DNA from: Eledone cirrhosa
Taxonomy: Eukaryota
Reading direction: 5' to 3'
Length of the DNA: 64,000 bases
NCBI GenBank assembly: GCA_964016885.1
Contig: OZ024747.1
Location: 78,244,001 to 78,308,000, forward strand
The notes under the pieces were generated by a model. The model was not told the DNA's origin. It worked only from the letters and a program-made list of their open reading frames with translations, and did not search any database. Positions 14,588 through 33,168 of this stretch are shown here, one piece after another. Both the position numbers and the translations under genes were made by a program. Positions within the stretch are counted from its first letter, which is position 1, and each line of letters starts with the position of its first letter.

Positions 14588-14870
14588 CTTTTTTTCTTAG
14601 ACAGATCCATCCAATAACAAAATACAAGTATAAACTAGGCAAAAACACATAATAATTAAGTTTAATCCAACCCACTATACTGGTGCTAAGACGATGGACT
14701 TCAACAGACCACAATCGTCCTCAATATCTAGTTTCTGTCATAAACAGAAGAGCAGGAACTTATATATATGTATCCATATATATATATATATCCATCACCC
14801 CACTCTCAAGAGCGTGAAACTAATAAACCTTTGTTCGTACTGCCTCTCTGTTTTGTTCCTGTTCAATTTT

Positions 14871-14907
<37 letters not shown>

Positions 14908-15329
14908 CCATATATATAATTATGGTTGGGTGTGAAATATTGCTTACAAGACAAACGGCACCTATAAAATAAAGTCAAATAAATATAAAAGCTAACCACG
15001 TACTAGAGTAATACACATACACAGGGGTTGCATGATTGAGCCCAGGTAACCTTAGTAGGTAATTGTGACCTTAGTCCAAATTTTGGTGTGGAAATCTTTG
15101 GCTGCCATGATTTTATTCCTCACTAAATTCATAGAAGAACATTCTTTACTACAGACGTTTCTTACCAAAAGTTCCTTTATATATATATATATACTCATTT
15201 TATTATGGTTAAATAGTGAGTTGTGATACTGTGGAGTTTCACCTGAACATTTAAACTTTTCTTCGGTATTGAGTACTCTTTCTATCAGCTTTTAACTACT
15301 TACGGATATCTCTCTCTCTTTCTCTCTCT

Positions 15330-15423
15330 CTATATATATATAGATACATATATAGATATACATATATAAATATATACATATATAGATATACATATATATA
15401 TATAAATATATACATATATAGAT

Positions 15424-15466
<43 letters not shown>

Positions 15467-15810
15467 TATACATATATAGATATACATATATATATATAAA
15501 TATATACATATATAGATACACATATATATATATATATATAAATATATACATATATAGATACACATATATATATATATATAAATATATACATATATAGATA
15601 CACATATATATATATATATAAATATATACATATATAGATACACATATATATATATATAGATACACATATATATATATATATATAAATATATACATATATA
15701 GATACACATATATATATATATATATAAATATATACATATATAGATACACATATATATATATATATATAAATATATACATATATAGATACACACATATATA
15801 TATATATATA
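15330..15810. repeat. Compound TA-derived minisatellite, continuing at 16583-16700
   Basis: Unit ATAAATATATACATATATAGATACAC(AT)n lies on both sides of the 15811-16582 insertion. Confidence 0.9.
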
Positions 15811-16036
15811 TAAACAATTAAGTTAAAAATGTACATCCACATATGTATACTGAAATACTAGTATGCATATGAATACACACACGTGTACATATGTAGATGT
15901 ACCGAGTTTTTCACTGGACACTTTACTGTGAGTGTCCAGCTATTCTGTATGTAAACACACAGACAAACCGGTTTTTAGAGTCATACTGGTTTTCGAGGAA
16001 ACACCTTTCCTCTATTCTCCAGAAAGCCAGACAAGG

Positions 16037-16081
16037 AATATTGGACTAGTTTCGATGTTGTTACATCTCATCAGCAATATT
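16037..16081 (-). ncRNA. Minimal type I hammerhead ribozyme (inverted copy)
   Basis: Exact reverse complement of 16243-16287. Confidence 0.9.
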
Positions 16082-16242
16082 TACCTATTTAATTTCGTTT
16101 CGTTATTTGTTTTTATCGTCTCCGTTGAACCGGTACGTACTCACGCTCTATGCAAATTAGTCTGCCCACTACTAATTTTCATAGAAAAAGCATATAACGA
16201 TATGTGCTTTTACGATTCTCTAGAAAGGCCGGAAGATAGGTA

Positions 16243-16287
16243 AATATTGCTGATGAGATGTAACAACATCGAAACTAGTCCAATATT
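16243..16287 (+). ncRNA. Minimal type I hammerhead ribozyme
   Basis: AATATTG-CTGATGA-GATG TAACAA CATC-GAAA-CTAG-TC-CAATATT: 7-bp stem I, 4-bp stem II, palindromic ACTAGT helix III, GUC cleavage site. Confidence 0.9.
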
Positions 16288-16884
16288 CCTTGTCTGGCTT
16301 TCTGGAGAATAGAGGAAAGGTGTTTCCTCGAAAACCAGTATGACTCTAAAAACCGGTTTGTCTGTGTGTTTACATACAGAATAGCTGGACACTCACAGTA
16401 AAGTGTCCAGTGAAAAACTCGGTACATCTACATATGTACACGTGTGTGTATTCATATGCATACTAGTATTTCAGTATACATATGTGGATGTACATTTTTA
16501 ACTTAATTGTTTAAGCGTCAGTCATACAAAAGTGAGTTACAAACAAAACAAAATTTAATTTCGTTTCGTTATTTGTTTTTATATATATATAAATATATAC
16601 ATATATAGATACACATATATATATATATAAATATATACATATATAGATACACATATATATAAATATATAGATACACATATATATATATATATACATACAT
16701 AATATAAGATCAAAAGATGGTTAAAGGAGTTCCATGTATTTTATTATGCGCATTTCAAAAACAAACATCATCATGCAATAATATTTGTGTTTTCATCAGA
16801 TAAAACAGGAGAACATGATATGAAGGCTAAAAAACACTTGTGGATAGTGCAGTTTGAAATCAACATACATATATATATACATAT

Positions 16885-17220
16885 GGAGGCACATGGCTTA
16901 GTGGTTAGAGCATTGGCCTTGCAATCGAAAGGTTGTGAGTTCAATTCTCAGACCGGGTGATGTGTTGTTTCCTTGAGCAAGACACTTTATTTCACATTGC
17001 TCCAGTTTACTCAGCTGTAGAAATGAGATGATAGGGACTGGGGTCCATATCATTCCACTGCAAAGTGGTCGTGCAGGTGACACGGCAAAAGAGCACCCAG
17101 CACTCACTGTAAATGAGGTTGGTGTTAGGAAGGGCATCCAGATGTAGAAATCAAGCCAAATTCAGTTCCCGTCCCACCCTTGCAAGCAGGGAAAAAGCGG
17201 ACGTAAAATGAAATGATGAT
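16885..17220 (+). mobile_element. tRNA-derived SINE with (TGA)n-type tail
   Basis: A box TGGCTTAGTGG, B box GAGTTCAATTC, CCTTGAGCAAGACACTTT core; 3' block AGGAAGGGCATCC...GGACGTAAA..TGATGAT recurs at about 5090, 9540-9730, 14165, 44485, 47300 and 60480. Confidence 0.85.
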
Positions 17221-21330
<4,110 letters not shown>

Positions 21331-21383
21331 AATAAAATAAAGTTAAATAAAAGTCAAATGATTAAAATTTAGCTTCGTTTATT

Positions 21384-21438
21384 ACTGCTATATATATTTC
21401 AGTGACAGCCATCTTTGGCTGTGACCTCTTCAGGCAGT
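21384..21438 (-). ncRNA. Type I hammerhead ribozyme motif in a 310-bp island between TA fields
   Basis: Minus strand: ACTGC-CTGAAGA-GGTCACAGCCA AAGA TGGCTGTCACT-GAAA-TATATA-TA-GCAGT, followed by AATAAA. Confidence 0.8.
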
Positions 21439-21907
21439 TTGAATTAGTATGGTATAGACAAGTACATATGTTGTTTAGGTGTATGATATTGCCAATACTC
21501 TGATATGCCCAGTTCCTTGTTGGGTTGTTAATTCACTGGGGAACTGGAGTCATATGAATTCAAACAAACTTGCGCACTTCGTCGAGTGCTCCAGCCTGCA
21601 TACTGAGGTGTTGGTATACAACCAACATAAACTCAAAATCTATACATATATACATATATATATATACATATATATATATATACATATATATATACATATA
21701 CATATATATATACATATACATATATATATATACATATACATATATATACATATATATATACATATACATATATATACATATATACATATATATATACATA
21801 TATATATACATATATATATACATATATATATACATATACATATATACATATATATATACATATACATATATATACATATATATACATATATATATACATA
21901 TATATAC

Positions 21908-21954
<47 letters not shown>

Positions 21955-22015
21955 CATACATATATATATATACATATATATATATATACATATATATATA
22001 TACATATATATATAC

Positions 22016-22048
<33 letters not shown>

Positions 22049-22649
22049 CACATATATATATACATATATATATATATACATATATATATACATATATATA
22101 TATATACATATATATATACATATATATATATATACATATATATATACATATATATATATACATATATATATACATATATATATATACATATATATATATA
22201 CATATATATATATACATATATATATATACATATATATATATACATATATATATATACATATATATATATATACATATATATATACATATATATATATACA
22301 TATATATATACATATACATATATACATATATATATATACATATACATATATACATATATACATATATATATACATATATACATATACATATACATATATA
22401 CATATATATATATACATATATATATATACATATATATATATACATATATACATATACATATATATATATACATATATATATATACATATATACATATACA
22501 TATATACATATATATATATACATATATATATATACATATATATATACATATACATATATATATACATATACATATATACATATATATATATACATATATA
22601 CATATACATATATATATATACATATATATATATACATATACATATATAT

Positions 22650-22716
<67 letters not shown>

Positions 22717-22717
22717 C

Positions 22718-22752
<35 letters not shown>

Positions 22753-22761
22753 CATATATAT

Positions 22762-23220
22762 ATAAATTGAAACAAAATGAAAACGAAATTTCATTTCTCA
22801 CTCTTAGCATGGCACTTACTTAAATGTAAGTATGCATGTATACGTACATACATATATGTATACAGACATTTAAGTAAGTGCCATACTAAGAGTGAGAAAT
22901 GAAATTTCGTTTTCATTTTGTTTCAATTTATCGTTTTCGGTATGCCTGACCGATTTAACTCACTCAATATGCAAATTAGGCTGCTCAGCCGTTAATTTTC
23001 ATAAGGAAAGTATATACTTTCGAACGTTCAACTATCTGGCAGATGGGTAAACAGTGCTGATGATAGCTAACAAGCTTGAAACTAGTACATCGTTCCTGTG
23101 TCAGTGTTGAACAAAAAGGTGACGTGGTTGCCTTAACACCGTATGGCATAAATTCAGGCTGTTCAGTTTGTTTACAAACGAACAAAGCGACGTTATAATA
23201 AGCGCCGCTAAACTGATACG
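22762..23220 (+). mobile_element. Diverged relative of the 15811-16582 HHR element, with a 66-bp inverted arm
   Basis: 22762-22827 pairs with 22866-22931; shares TATGCAAATTAG..CTGC...TAATTTTCATA and the HHR with the 16.1-16.3 kb copy. Confidence 0.8.
23050..23094 (+). ncRNA. Minimal type I hammerhead ribozyme (slightly degenerate)
   Basis: AACAGTG-CTGATGA-TAGC TAACAA GCTT-GAAA-CTAG-TA-CATCGTT; one mismatch in stem I. Confidence 0.78.
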
Positions 23221-23302
23221 TGCATATATGTATGTGTACCTGTATGCATATGTATATATGTATGTATATATATATATATATATATATGCATGCTACTGCA
23301 CG

Positions 23303-23333
<31 letters not shown>

Positions 23334-23348
23334 GCATGCTACTGCACG

Positions 23349-23379
<31 letters not shown>

Positions 23380-23461
23380 GCATGCTACTGCACGTCTGTA
23401 TACATATATGTATGTACGTATACATGCATACTTACATATATATATACATATATATATATAC

Positions 23462-23496
<35 letters not shown>

Positions 23497-23497
23497 C

Positions 23498-23572
<75 letters not shown>

Positions 23573-23601
23573 CATATATATACATATATATATATATATA
23601 C

Positions 23602-23716
<115 letters not shown>

Positions 23717-23761
23717 TATATACATATATATATATACATATATATGTATATATATATATAT

Positions 23762-23830
<69 letters not shown>

Positions 23831-23845
23831 TATATACATATATAC

Positions 23846-23880
<35 letters not shown>

Positions 23881-24035
23881 CATATATATATACATATATA
23901 CATATACATATATATATATACATATACATATATATATACATATATATATATATATACATATATATACATATACATATATATATATACATATACATATATA
24001 TATACATATATATATATATATACATATATATATAC

Positions 24036-24068
<33 letters not shown>

Positions 24069-24151
24069 CATATATATATATACACATATATATATATACA
24101 TATATATATATATACATATATATATACATATATATATATATACATATATAC

Positions 24152-24246
<95 letters not shown>

Positions 24247-24620
24247 CATATATATAGATACATATATAGGAACGAGTAGGACCCCGATGGCTGAGCTCAA
24301 GCCGTTTCGACGGCTAATTCTGGACTATATATATATATATATGGATACATATATATATACAGATACATATATATATATATATATGTTTTTAATTGTATGT
24401 GTTTTCCTCCACTCTTGATTTAACTTCTTATATAACATGAGATTTAATAAAAAGATTCTTCTGGCTTAAGGAGGAGGTGGAGAAGGAGGAGAAAGAGGGA
24501 CCAAAAGGAAGAAAAGAAAAGAAAACAATACAAAAAACAACACACAAATGTAGTTAAGAAAATAAAGAAAGAATGGTGAGTGTGGGGTGGGGAGGGGGTA
24601 ATAAAAATGTAAGTACTTAC

Positions 24621-24669
24621 TAGTTTTTTTGTTAAGTTGTTCATCATTAGTATCTGTGAAGAAATAGGT
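24621..24669 (-). CDS. fng: Fringe glycosyltransferase internal exon (49 bp): TYFFTDTNDEQLNKKT(N)
   Basis: Acceptor ttttttttcttttacAG and donor GTaagt; phase 0/1 joins in frame to the next exon; matches the Fringe TFIFTDGED motif. Confidence 0.93.
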
Positions 24670-24838
24670 CTGTAAAAGAAAAAAAAAGTTGATTAATAAT
24701 AAACAAACAACAATAAAGGAGGAAGGGGGTGCTTACCATATTTAATGCAAACTAGAGCAAAATATGAAGAGTGTGTGTATGTGTGTGTATATATAAATAT
24801 ATATATATATACACACACACATATACATACAAATAAAG

Positions 24839-25098
24839 ATTCAGCGAGAATCGCATTTCGGCGGGCAGGAAAAGCAAAGCGAAACGCAAAAATCAGAAAT
24901 GATACTGGCAAAGTGCTCAATAGTTAAAAACCAGAGCTAAACAATGTGTTAAGAAGCCATAAACATATATATAAATTCAGCGAGAATCGCATTTCGGCGG
25001 GTAGAAAAGGCTAAACGAAACGCAATAAATCAGAAATAATGCTGGCAAGCACTCCATAGTTAAAAGACCAGAGCTAAACAATATGTTAAGAGGCCATA
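24839..25098. repeat. Two diverged tandem copies of an about 122-bp element end (period 136 bp)
   Basis: ATTCAGCGAGAATCGCATTTCGGCGGG... at 24839 and 24975. Confidence 0.85.
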
Positions 25099-25332
25099 CA
25101 AAACTGAAATAGTGGTCAAGAAAGCATCAACCACCTAAGCCAAAAAGCAAATCAAGCTAAACAGGTCAAAACAAAATAAATGATAAAAAAACAAATGATA
25201 AAAAAAAAAAAAATAAATGATAATTTATATATATATATATTTGTATATCGAAAAGATAAAAAAAAAAACAAAGTAAACAACACAGTACAATGAAGAAATA
25301 TATTAGTTTTACACTTGGTATCATGGGAAAAG

Positions 25333-25371
25333 ATTCTTAATGTTTCGAATGCTGATCCTTCATCAGAAAAA
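25333..25371 (-). ncRNA. Degenerate hammerhead-like motif
   Basis: Minus strand: TTTT-CTGATGA-A-GGAT CAGC ATTC-GAAA-CAT-TA-AGAA; weak stem I and non-palindromic helix III. Confidence 0.45.
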
Positions 25372-25910
25372 TAGAATATATATATATGTATATATATATT
25401 ATTACATATACATATGTAATATATATATATGTAATATATGTATACATGTATGTGTATGTGTGTGTGTATATATGCAAAACATGAGACATTGTCTATGGCA
25501 AATGAAAACCTATACCAGGACCAGGAAGTAATACCATTTCTGCTAGTAAGACTAGCATTGTTCACAATCTCCCTCTCACAATCATACTTTGTATTCAACT
25601 ATTGCAGCAAACCAATTCTTGTTATTCTTTTTAAATTTTCCGTGACCCATACTGGTTAATGGGTTGACTAGGTCAACCCTCACATACAACATATCCAACA
25701 CAGTTAACTTTGTTATGTTATAATCATTCCTTTTGGTATCTTATCTGCTGAGAACCAACATCCTGGAGATCTGACTTCATCATTTTCTCACACTCCCAGT
25801 CACTGATGCCTTCCATATGTTCTTGTGTGTTTACTTAGCTCCCCCAGGCCAGCCTCCAGGGAGAAGACCTATGACCATCCTGTCTATAATACATATATAT
25901 ATATATATAC

Positions 25911-25943
<33 letters not shown>

Positions 25944-27066
25944 GTGAGTGTGTGTGTCTATGTAATATATATTTTAGATATAGTATATACAGGGAAGACT
26001 ACATTATCCAATATGATATTTTGCTAAAGACATTAGGGTTTGATTTAACTCTAGTTTTTAAAAGCAGCTTTCTTTATTCAAATGTAGTATCTCTAATATA
26101 CTATACCTCTACTATATCTTTACTATATCTCTACTAATGAACAGATGACTGTGAAAAGTGTTCAGTATTAGAGCAGGGACTTTAATATTTAATGTATGAA
26201 ATCATAGAACTGTTTTCTACTTTTAATAAAGTCTTGGTAATGTAGTTTCATGTGGTACAGGACATTAAAAGTTAAAAGAGAATTGGTGACATCTGTCAAG
26301 AGTGAGAACGTAAGATGTCCTGGCCCATCTGAGATATCAATGACTCCAATTAAATATTGATTTGGTCTGGTGATTAATCCAACATTTGTTAATCGGGGAA
26401 ATGGGTGTTAAATGATGATAATAATGATTGAACCCAGCATTACCTACATGAGCCAATGAAGGGACTTTTGTGTGATCCCTTGACATTGTAGAAATAGCAG
26501 CTAACTCATCAAACCAAACCCCAATCAACTTGGATAATATCTAAGAGCTGGTGTTTCAAGAGGTAGTCACAGGAATATTTTTAGATCATTAGATCATGTG
26601 TCTGTGTCTTCTGTGAGGAATGAACTGGAAACTAAACAGTAACAGAAGCACCATAATCTAACCAAACCAACAAGCTGATAACAAAGAAACTTCTACAGGG
26701 TTGTCTGATCTGCTAGTATTAACAACCAAATGTTCCTCAAATTCCGCCTAACAAATGGGAAGAGGGCATATAGATATACTAGGTACACTGTAAACCTAAA
26801 GTTTAAGGCAGGATGGTTGTGGGTTGAATGTTTTTGATTTTGTGTAGGCCTGCTGGATCAGGTCTGACTTGGCATTTAAAACCCACCACCACCAACCCAA
26901 AATACTCCCCCACCACCATCACTGCCAACAAAAGGTTTATTTACTATCATTATTTGTACATCAAATTATAAGTCTTTGTTTAACCCTGATGCCTGTTGCC
27001 AGGAAGGAGAACTTTGGACAATTTAAAATGGTGTATCATCATTGTGTATGGATATGCGAGTGTGTG

Positions 27067-27119
<53 letters not shown>

Positions 27120-27704
27120 GCAGTGTTGAAGTGGGTGGGGAGATAATTGTGATACACACGCGGATATACTCATAAACACACACATGCGAGTGTGTGCATC
27201 CATTGACACACACACACGTGCAAGCATACATTAACATACACACTAACACACTTAGGGAAGTGATTACATACACACTTCTAAAATGACAATGAATGGATAA
27301 ATACACACAGGCATTTAATTAGGTGATTGTGTACACATACATAGACACATAGACATACACATACACACACACACATACACACTGAAGAGAGTGATTATGT
27401 ACGTTAAGCACTTCTGAAATAATACATATATACATACATTACATGAGTGTATGTATGTGCACATGTGTGTGTGTGTCAATGGAAGCACACACACACACAT
27501 ATATATATATACACACACACACACACATATATATACACACACACACACGCGTGCGTACGTGCGTGTGTGTATATATATGTGTGTGTGTGTGTGAACACAC
27601 ACACTTCAGGGGTGATTACATATACACAGAAATGTCATGACAGAGAAGGGGAGTGGAATCTATCACACCCCCACCAACACCACCAAAATATGTAGCAAAT
27701 TTTC

Positions 27705-27820
27705 CCCACCACCACTGTTACCCCCACCATCACTGTTACCCCCACCACCACTGTTACCCCCACCACCACTATTACCCCCACCATCACTGTTACCCCCACC
27801 ACCACTGTTACCCCCACCAC
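27705..27820. repeat. 18-bp minisatellite (CCACCACTGTTACCCCCA)
   Basis: About 6 tandem copies. Confidence 0.9.
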
Positions 27821-28100
27821 CAACACACAAACAAAAATATATATTGCAAACACATACAATTATACACACACGTTCTGATACACATACAAACACATACATC
27901 TATACACACACATACATACTAAGATAGAAAAAAAGAGGGGGGAAAAGTAAATAGCATAAGTTGGGGGTGGAGGAAGGAGAGAGATGAATGTTAAGGGGAG
28001 GAGGTGGGGGGATCAACCAGGAAATTAATGGAGAAGATGAGTACAAATAGGAAGGGACATATTTACCATGTGTTTGTGTGTATGTATCTAGGTGTATGTG

Positions 28101-28148
<48 letters not shown>

Positions 28149-29877
28149 ATTATGTGGATGTATAATGAGCTATGGTATATATGTATATAGTTCTAGTCCT
28201 GTAGAAGCCATTTCTATATTAAAAATTTATACTCTGCCATGTATTGAGTACCTTACTTTGGTTACACCCGATTGAACCCAGGATACACACACACACACAC
28301 ACACACATACATACATATATATGTGTGTGGCTCATTGTCATTAGATAGCATATATCAGCATCAACATTAGCACCATCACCATGACCACTTTACTGGCTAT
28401 TTTCCATGTTAGCATGGGTTAAGTTACTCTCTGGAATTCTAGACCAGGTCAAGAGACCAAGTCTTGCTCATATATTCTGTTTTGGGTTGGAATCTACAGC
28501 TAGATACCTTCCTAACACCAACCATATCTTTCCTATACTTTCTATATTTCAGCATGGTTTTAATGGCTGGGTGATCTTTCTAATGACATCCATTTAACAG
28601 GGTGCATTTATCAGGGCGTCAGCACTACCACTGTACAGAGTATACTGGGTACATTTTATCAAGGAAGCTTTATATTGTCTCCTTCCTCAGGTAGTGGACA
28701 TTTACAAATCTTCCTCTCTACTCTGTTGTCAAGTTCATTCTGGGAAGATAAGGACAGCTTAACAGTGCTTCTACTGGAGGGTGGGTTTATATTCTGGGTT
28801 ATATTGATTATTAGCTCAAGGTTAACCCTGATCCAGTAGACCTGAGTGGGTTTATATTCTGGTTATATTGATTACTCTTTTACCTGTTCCAGCCATCCGG
28901 CTGAGGCCATGCTGGGGCACTGCCCTTATGATTAGCTCAACATTAACCCTGATCCAGTTTACCTGTGTATGACCAGAGCTGAATTTATCAGGGGGAAGAG
29001 GGGGGAGAATAGGACCCCTTACAGGAACAGCATCGGTCCTCCCAACCCTGAACTCCTAAATAAGGCCCTGTGTATGATCTGTAGAATTTACCTAGTTGAT
29101 TTGAGGCTGTTGTTGTGGTGGTAATGGTTGTGATGGTGATGGTGGTGGTGGTAAAGGTGGTAGTAGTCTGTGATTGATGACTAGTTATGAAGGTGGTGGT
29201 GGTGGTTGTCATGTTGGAAGTACTTTTCTTGGTTGTTGCTGCTGTAAACCTTATCCCCCCCACTACCACACACCTAACCAACCTTTCAACAGTGGTTGAA
29301 GAGGGATAAAAAAGGGCAAAGGAATGTGAGAGAATGTATCTGAGACATCAAATGACCCCCCCCCCCCCCTTCTCTCAAAAACAAACAAAAAGAAAACATG
29401 CTGGGAGTTATTTGGGATGGGAAAGAGTTAGTTCCAGCTATAGCAACAACCTTCAACATGCTAAACCCACCACCATACCACACCATACTACACTACACTA
29501 CACCACACCACACTACATTACTCCATAAACCATCACACCATACTACACTACACCACACCACAAACCATCACACCATACTACACTACACCACACCACACCA
29601 CACTACTCCACAAACCATATACCACACTATACACTACACCACACCACACTACTCCACAAACCATAACACCACACTACACTACACCACTCCACAAACCATC
29701 ACATCACACAACACTCCACCACCCCCTACACCCCTACCACATTTACACAGCACATGACCTCCTCCAGAACAACAACAACAAGATGATGGACAGGAATGTG
29801 AGTCGTTATTGGAGATTGAATATTTGGGGCTTTTAACATAAATGTCCTTGTCAGTCTAGATTGACCAAATAGAACAT

Positions 29878-30278
29878 GAGGAGGGAGGTGGTAGAGACAC
29901 ATAGCAGAGATAGGTGGAGATAGAGTAACAGGGATAGAGAGAGGGGGTGGTTGGAGAGAGGAGGGAGGTGGTAGAGACACATAGCAGAGATAGGTGGAGA
30001 TAGAGTAACAGGGATAGAGAGAGGGGGTGGTTGGAGAGAGGAGGGAGGTGGTAGAGACACATAGCAGAGATAGGTGGAGATAGAGTAACAGGGATAGAGA
30101 GAGGGGGTGGTTGGAGAGAGGAGGGAGGTGGTAGAGACACATAGCAGAGATAGGTGGAGATAGAGTAACAGGGATAGAGAGAGGGGGTGGTTGGAGAGAG
30201 GAGGGAGGTGGTAGAGACACATAGCAGAGATAGGTGGAGATAGAGTAACAGGGATAGAGAGAGGGGGTGGTTGGAGAG
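29878..30278. repeat. 80-bp purine-rich minisatellite, 5 identical copies
   Basis: GAGGGAGGTGGTAGAGACAC... at 29881, 29961, 30041, 30121 and 30201. Confidence 0.97.
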
Positions 30279-30427
30279 TGGAGGTTTATAGAGAAGACAA
30301 GAGCATAGGGGGTGAGAGGGTAAAGATAGAAAGAGAGAGAAATAGAATGTGACAATGAGAGAAAAACAGAAAAAGGGCAGACAGAGCAACAGGCTCAGTA
30401 ACAACATCATTATCAGTGTAATGATGA

Positions 30428-30513
30428 TAGTGGTGGTGGTAGTAGTGGTGGTGGTGGTGGTGGTAGTAGTGGTGGTGGTAGTAGTAGTGGTGGTAGTGGT
30501 GGTAGTGGTAGTA

Positions 30514-30567
<54 letters not shown>

Positions 30568-30717
30568 CCAGTAGTAGTAGTAGTGCCAGTAGTAGTAGTA
30601 GTAGTAGTATAGTAGTAGTAATAGTAGTAGTAGTAGTAGTAGTAATAGTAGTAGTAGTAGTAGTAGTAATAGTAGTAGTAGTAGTAGTAGTAATAGTAGT
30701 AGTAGTAGTAGTAGTAA

Positions 30718-30764
<47 letters not shown>

Positions 30765-30765
30765 A
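30428..30765. repeat. (TGG/TAG)n trinucleotide microsatellite
   Basis: Seen directly. Confidence 0.95.
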
Positions 30766-31141
30766 CAGGAGAGGAGGGCAGACATAGAATGATATGGTTG
30801 GTAAGTTCAGAAGAAGGGGGAGAAGGGGATGAGTTTGTTTATAAGGAAGAGAAAATCAGTGTCAGTAATGGACCAGGGTTTAAAGATGGAGAATAGAAGG
30901 GATTGGGGGAGGAAAAGGGAGTCAGAGAGAAATAGGGGAGATAGTAGAGTTATGTAGGGAGCAGGATGGGTAAATAAATGTATGAGAAGAAAAAAAGAGG
31001 TTAGAATGGGGAGTGGAGGTGAGAGGGGAGGATGGTATGTATTAACAAGGAAATGATGAATGTATTATATAGCTGAGGTGGGGTGTTCTGGGTACAACAC
31101 ACACATACAGAGAGAGACAGGCAGAGAGAGAGACAAACGGA

Positions 31142-31182
<41 letters not shown>

Positions 31183-32063
31183 GCAGAGAGAGAGAGACAG
31201 ACATACAGAGAGACAGACAGGCAGAGAGAGAGAGAGAGAGAGAGAAACCGACAGGAGAACTAATGGTGGAACTGCTTGGTAAAAATTGTATTTATTGGTA
31301 ATATGTGAAGTTTCTTAGGTTCATATGCAACAGGGAGAAAGGGTTTTTGATGTTTTATACAAAGTCCTTCTTTGGAATAAAAGGGGGGGGGGGGGTCAAC
31401 TTTTTCTTGTCCTTATTTCTATAGTGTAAGGGTCTCTGACCTTAGTCCATAAACACATGTAGACAGAGGCAGAAATGTGGTGGTAATGGGGGGGGGGACA
31501 ATAAACATAAGAGGGAGAAGGGAAAGATAAGGGGAGGAATATTAATCACTTTTGAGGAAGTGGGTGGGAGTCAGTTTAGCAATGGGGGGGGGGGGTCTGC
31601 AGGATCAGACTTGGGGCTACACAAATCAATCAACCAATCCTAATTTCTAACAGTGACAGACCAGATCAAAGATTTATGTGAGAGATAAACAATCACTGAA
31701 ACCAGGTCCTAAGTATTTAACAGGTACTTATGTCGTTGACTCCCGAAGAATGGAAAGGTAACATTGACTGTGGTACATTTGAACATTGGAGATAAAGGAA
31801 CAATTGAGTACCTGAACACCACAGGTATTTCTCTTCTCTCCACCCTCAACCCCTTCATACTATCTGTCATTTCAACCACCTATTAACCCTTTTGATATCA
31901 ACCCAGCTAACACTGCCTCTCATTTTATGAAATAAAACCAGAAATTTTAAAGGGTTTCTACTTAAATCAAAATCTTCCAACATAACTTTATAAAAACCAT
32001 TTGTTACAAGTACTATCTTAATAAAATAATTAATAGTTTTAGTAAATCCTTCTAAAATCTTCA

Positions 32064-32280
32064 TTAACCCTTTAGCATTTAAACTGGCCATATCCGGCCA
32101 GCATTCTCTCACCTATTTCTGTTCAAATTGGCTGTAATCAGCCACTCATACTGATGTTAAGGTATTTCTCTCAAAATAAATAATATCAAAATCTCATAGA
32201 TTCGATATTATGTGAGGTAAAGTCGTTACCATGAAAACATAATAGTAAATATTAGAGTAATGTAAATGCTAAAGGGTTAA
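32064..32280. mobile_element. piggyBac-like MITE, nested in an older TTAA-CCCT MITE that starts at about 31883
   Basis: TTAA target duplication and 14-bp TIR CCCTTTAGCATTTA/TAAATGCTAAAGGG; homologues at 58480-58703 and, inverted, at about 53230-53412. Confidence 0.85.
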
Positions 32281-33168
32281 TTAATTGAAATAAAGTTTAT
32301 TAGGAATATTGTAATGAAGGGTAGGGTTTATTTGTTTATACCTGAAGTGTGAAGGTACAGTGGATTTTGATACATTTGAACTCAGTATATAAATAAATAA
32401 ATATATTATTGGCATGGTTCCGGAACTCCTGCAGGAGTTGTAGGAGGGCCGTATTGACATATGGTATTTCTAGGGCATTGTTTAACCCAGCAGAACCCAA
32501 TCCTCTCCAGACCTGAATACAGCATATTTCTTCCAGAGAAGGATAGAGAGAATGAGAGCACGTAAGTGAGAAAGAAAGAAATATAAATGAAATCTGTTTT
32601 TCTAAGTACAGAAAAAATAGTTGAAAGTGTTCAACTCTTCTTCATTTAACCCAGCATAATAACTGCTATGTAATGACCCCAGCATAATAACTGCTATGTA
32701 ATGACCCCAGCATAATAACTGCTATGTAATGACTGAAATGAGTACAGTATTCTATTTCATTGACCACTGAAGAATAAATTCTGTCTAAATACCAGTGCCC
32801 CAGCAGGATCCCCCCCCCCTCTCCTCTAATAACTGACACCAGTAAAAGAATGTCTGCTTTAGCCATGGCTATTAAAGTGCTAGGGAGGAGGGGGAGTAGC
32901 AGCCTTATGATGATAATGAAAACAACAGGGGAGAAGTAAGAGATAAGCAGTTCCAGTGTAGATATTTGTTAACAAGGTCAACAACTATGATAAGGAAACA
33001 AATAAGGTTAAAAAGGGGATTTTTATATACAGTGTGTGTGTGTACATAAATACATATTTACACACACATATACATTCCACTTCCTCCAAGCCTGAATCTA
33101 ATATAACTGTATTTTTGCATTCCTGGGTTTGGTTTTGTTTCATTTATTAACTATATATATATATATAT

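Larger units (their letters stand above)
15811..16582 (+). mobile_element. HHR-bearing Penelope-like/retrozyme insertion: 466-bp unit with a 30-bp terminal direct repeat, preceded by a 278-bp inverted copy
   Basis: 15811-16088 is the reverse complement of 16236-16513; direct repeat at 16087-16116 and 16553-16582; HHR in both arms. Confidence 0.85.

Noticed and set aside
16885-16960. tRNA gene
   Set aside because: A and B boxes are present but the sequence runs into a SINE core and has several decayed copies in the window
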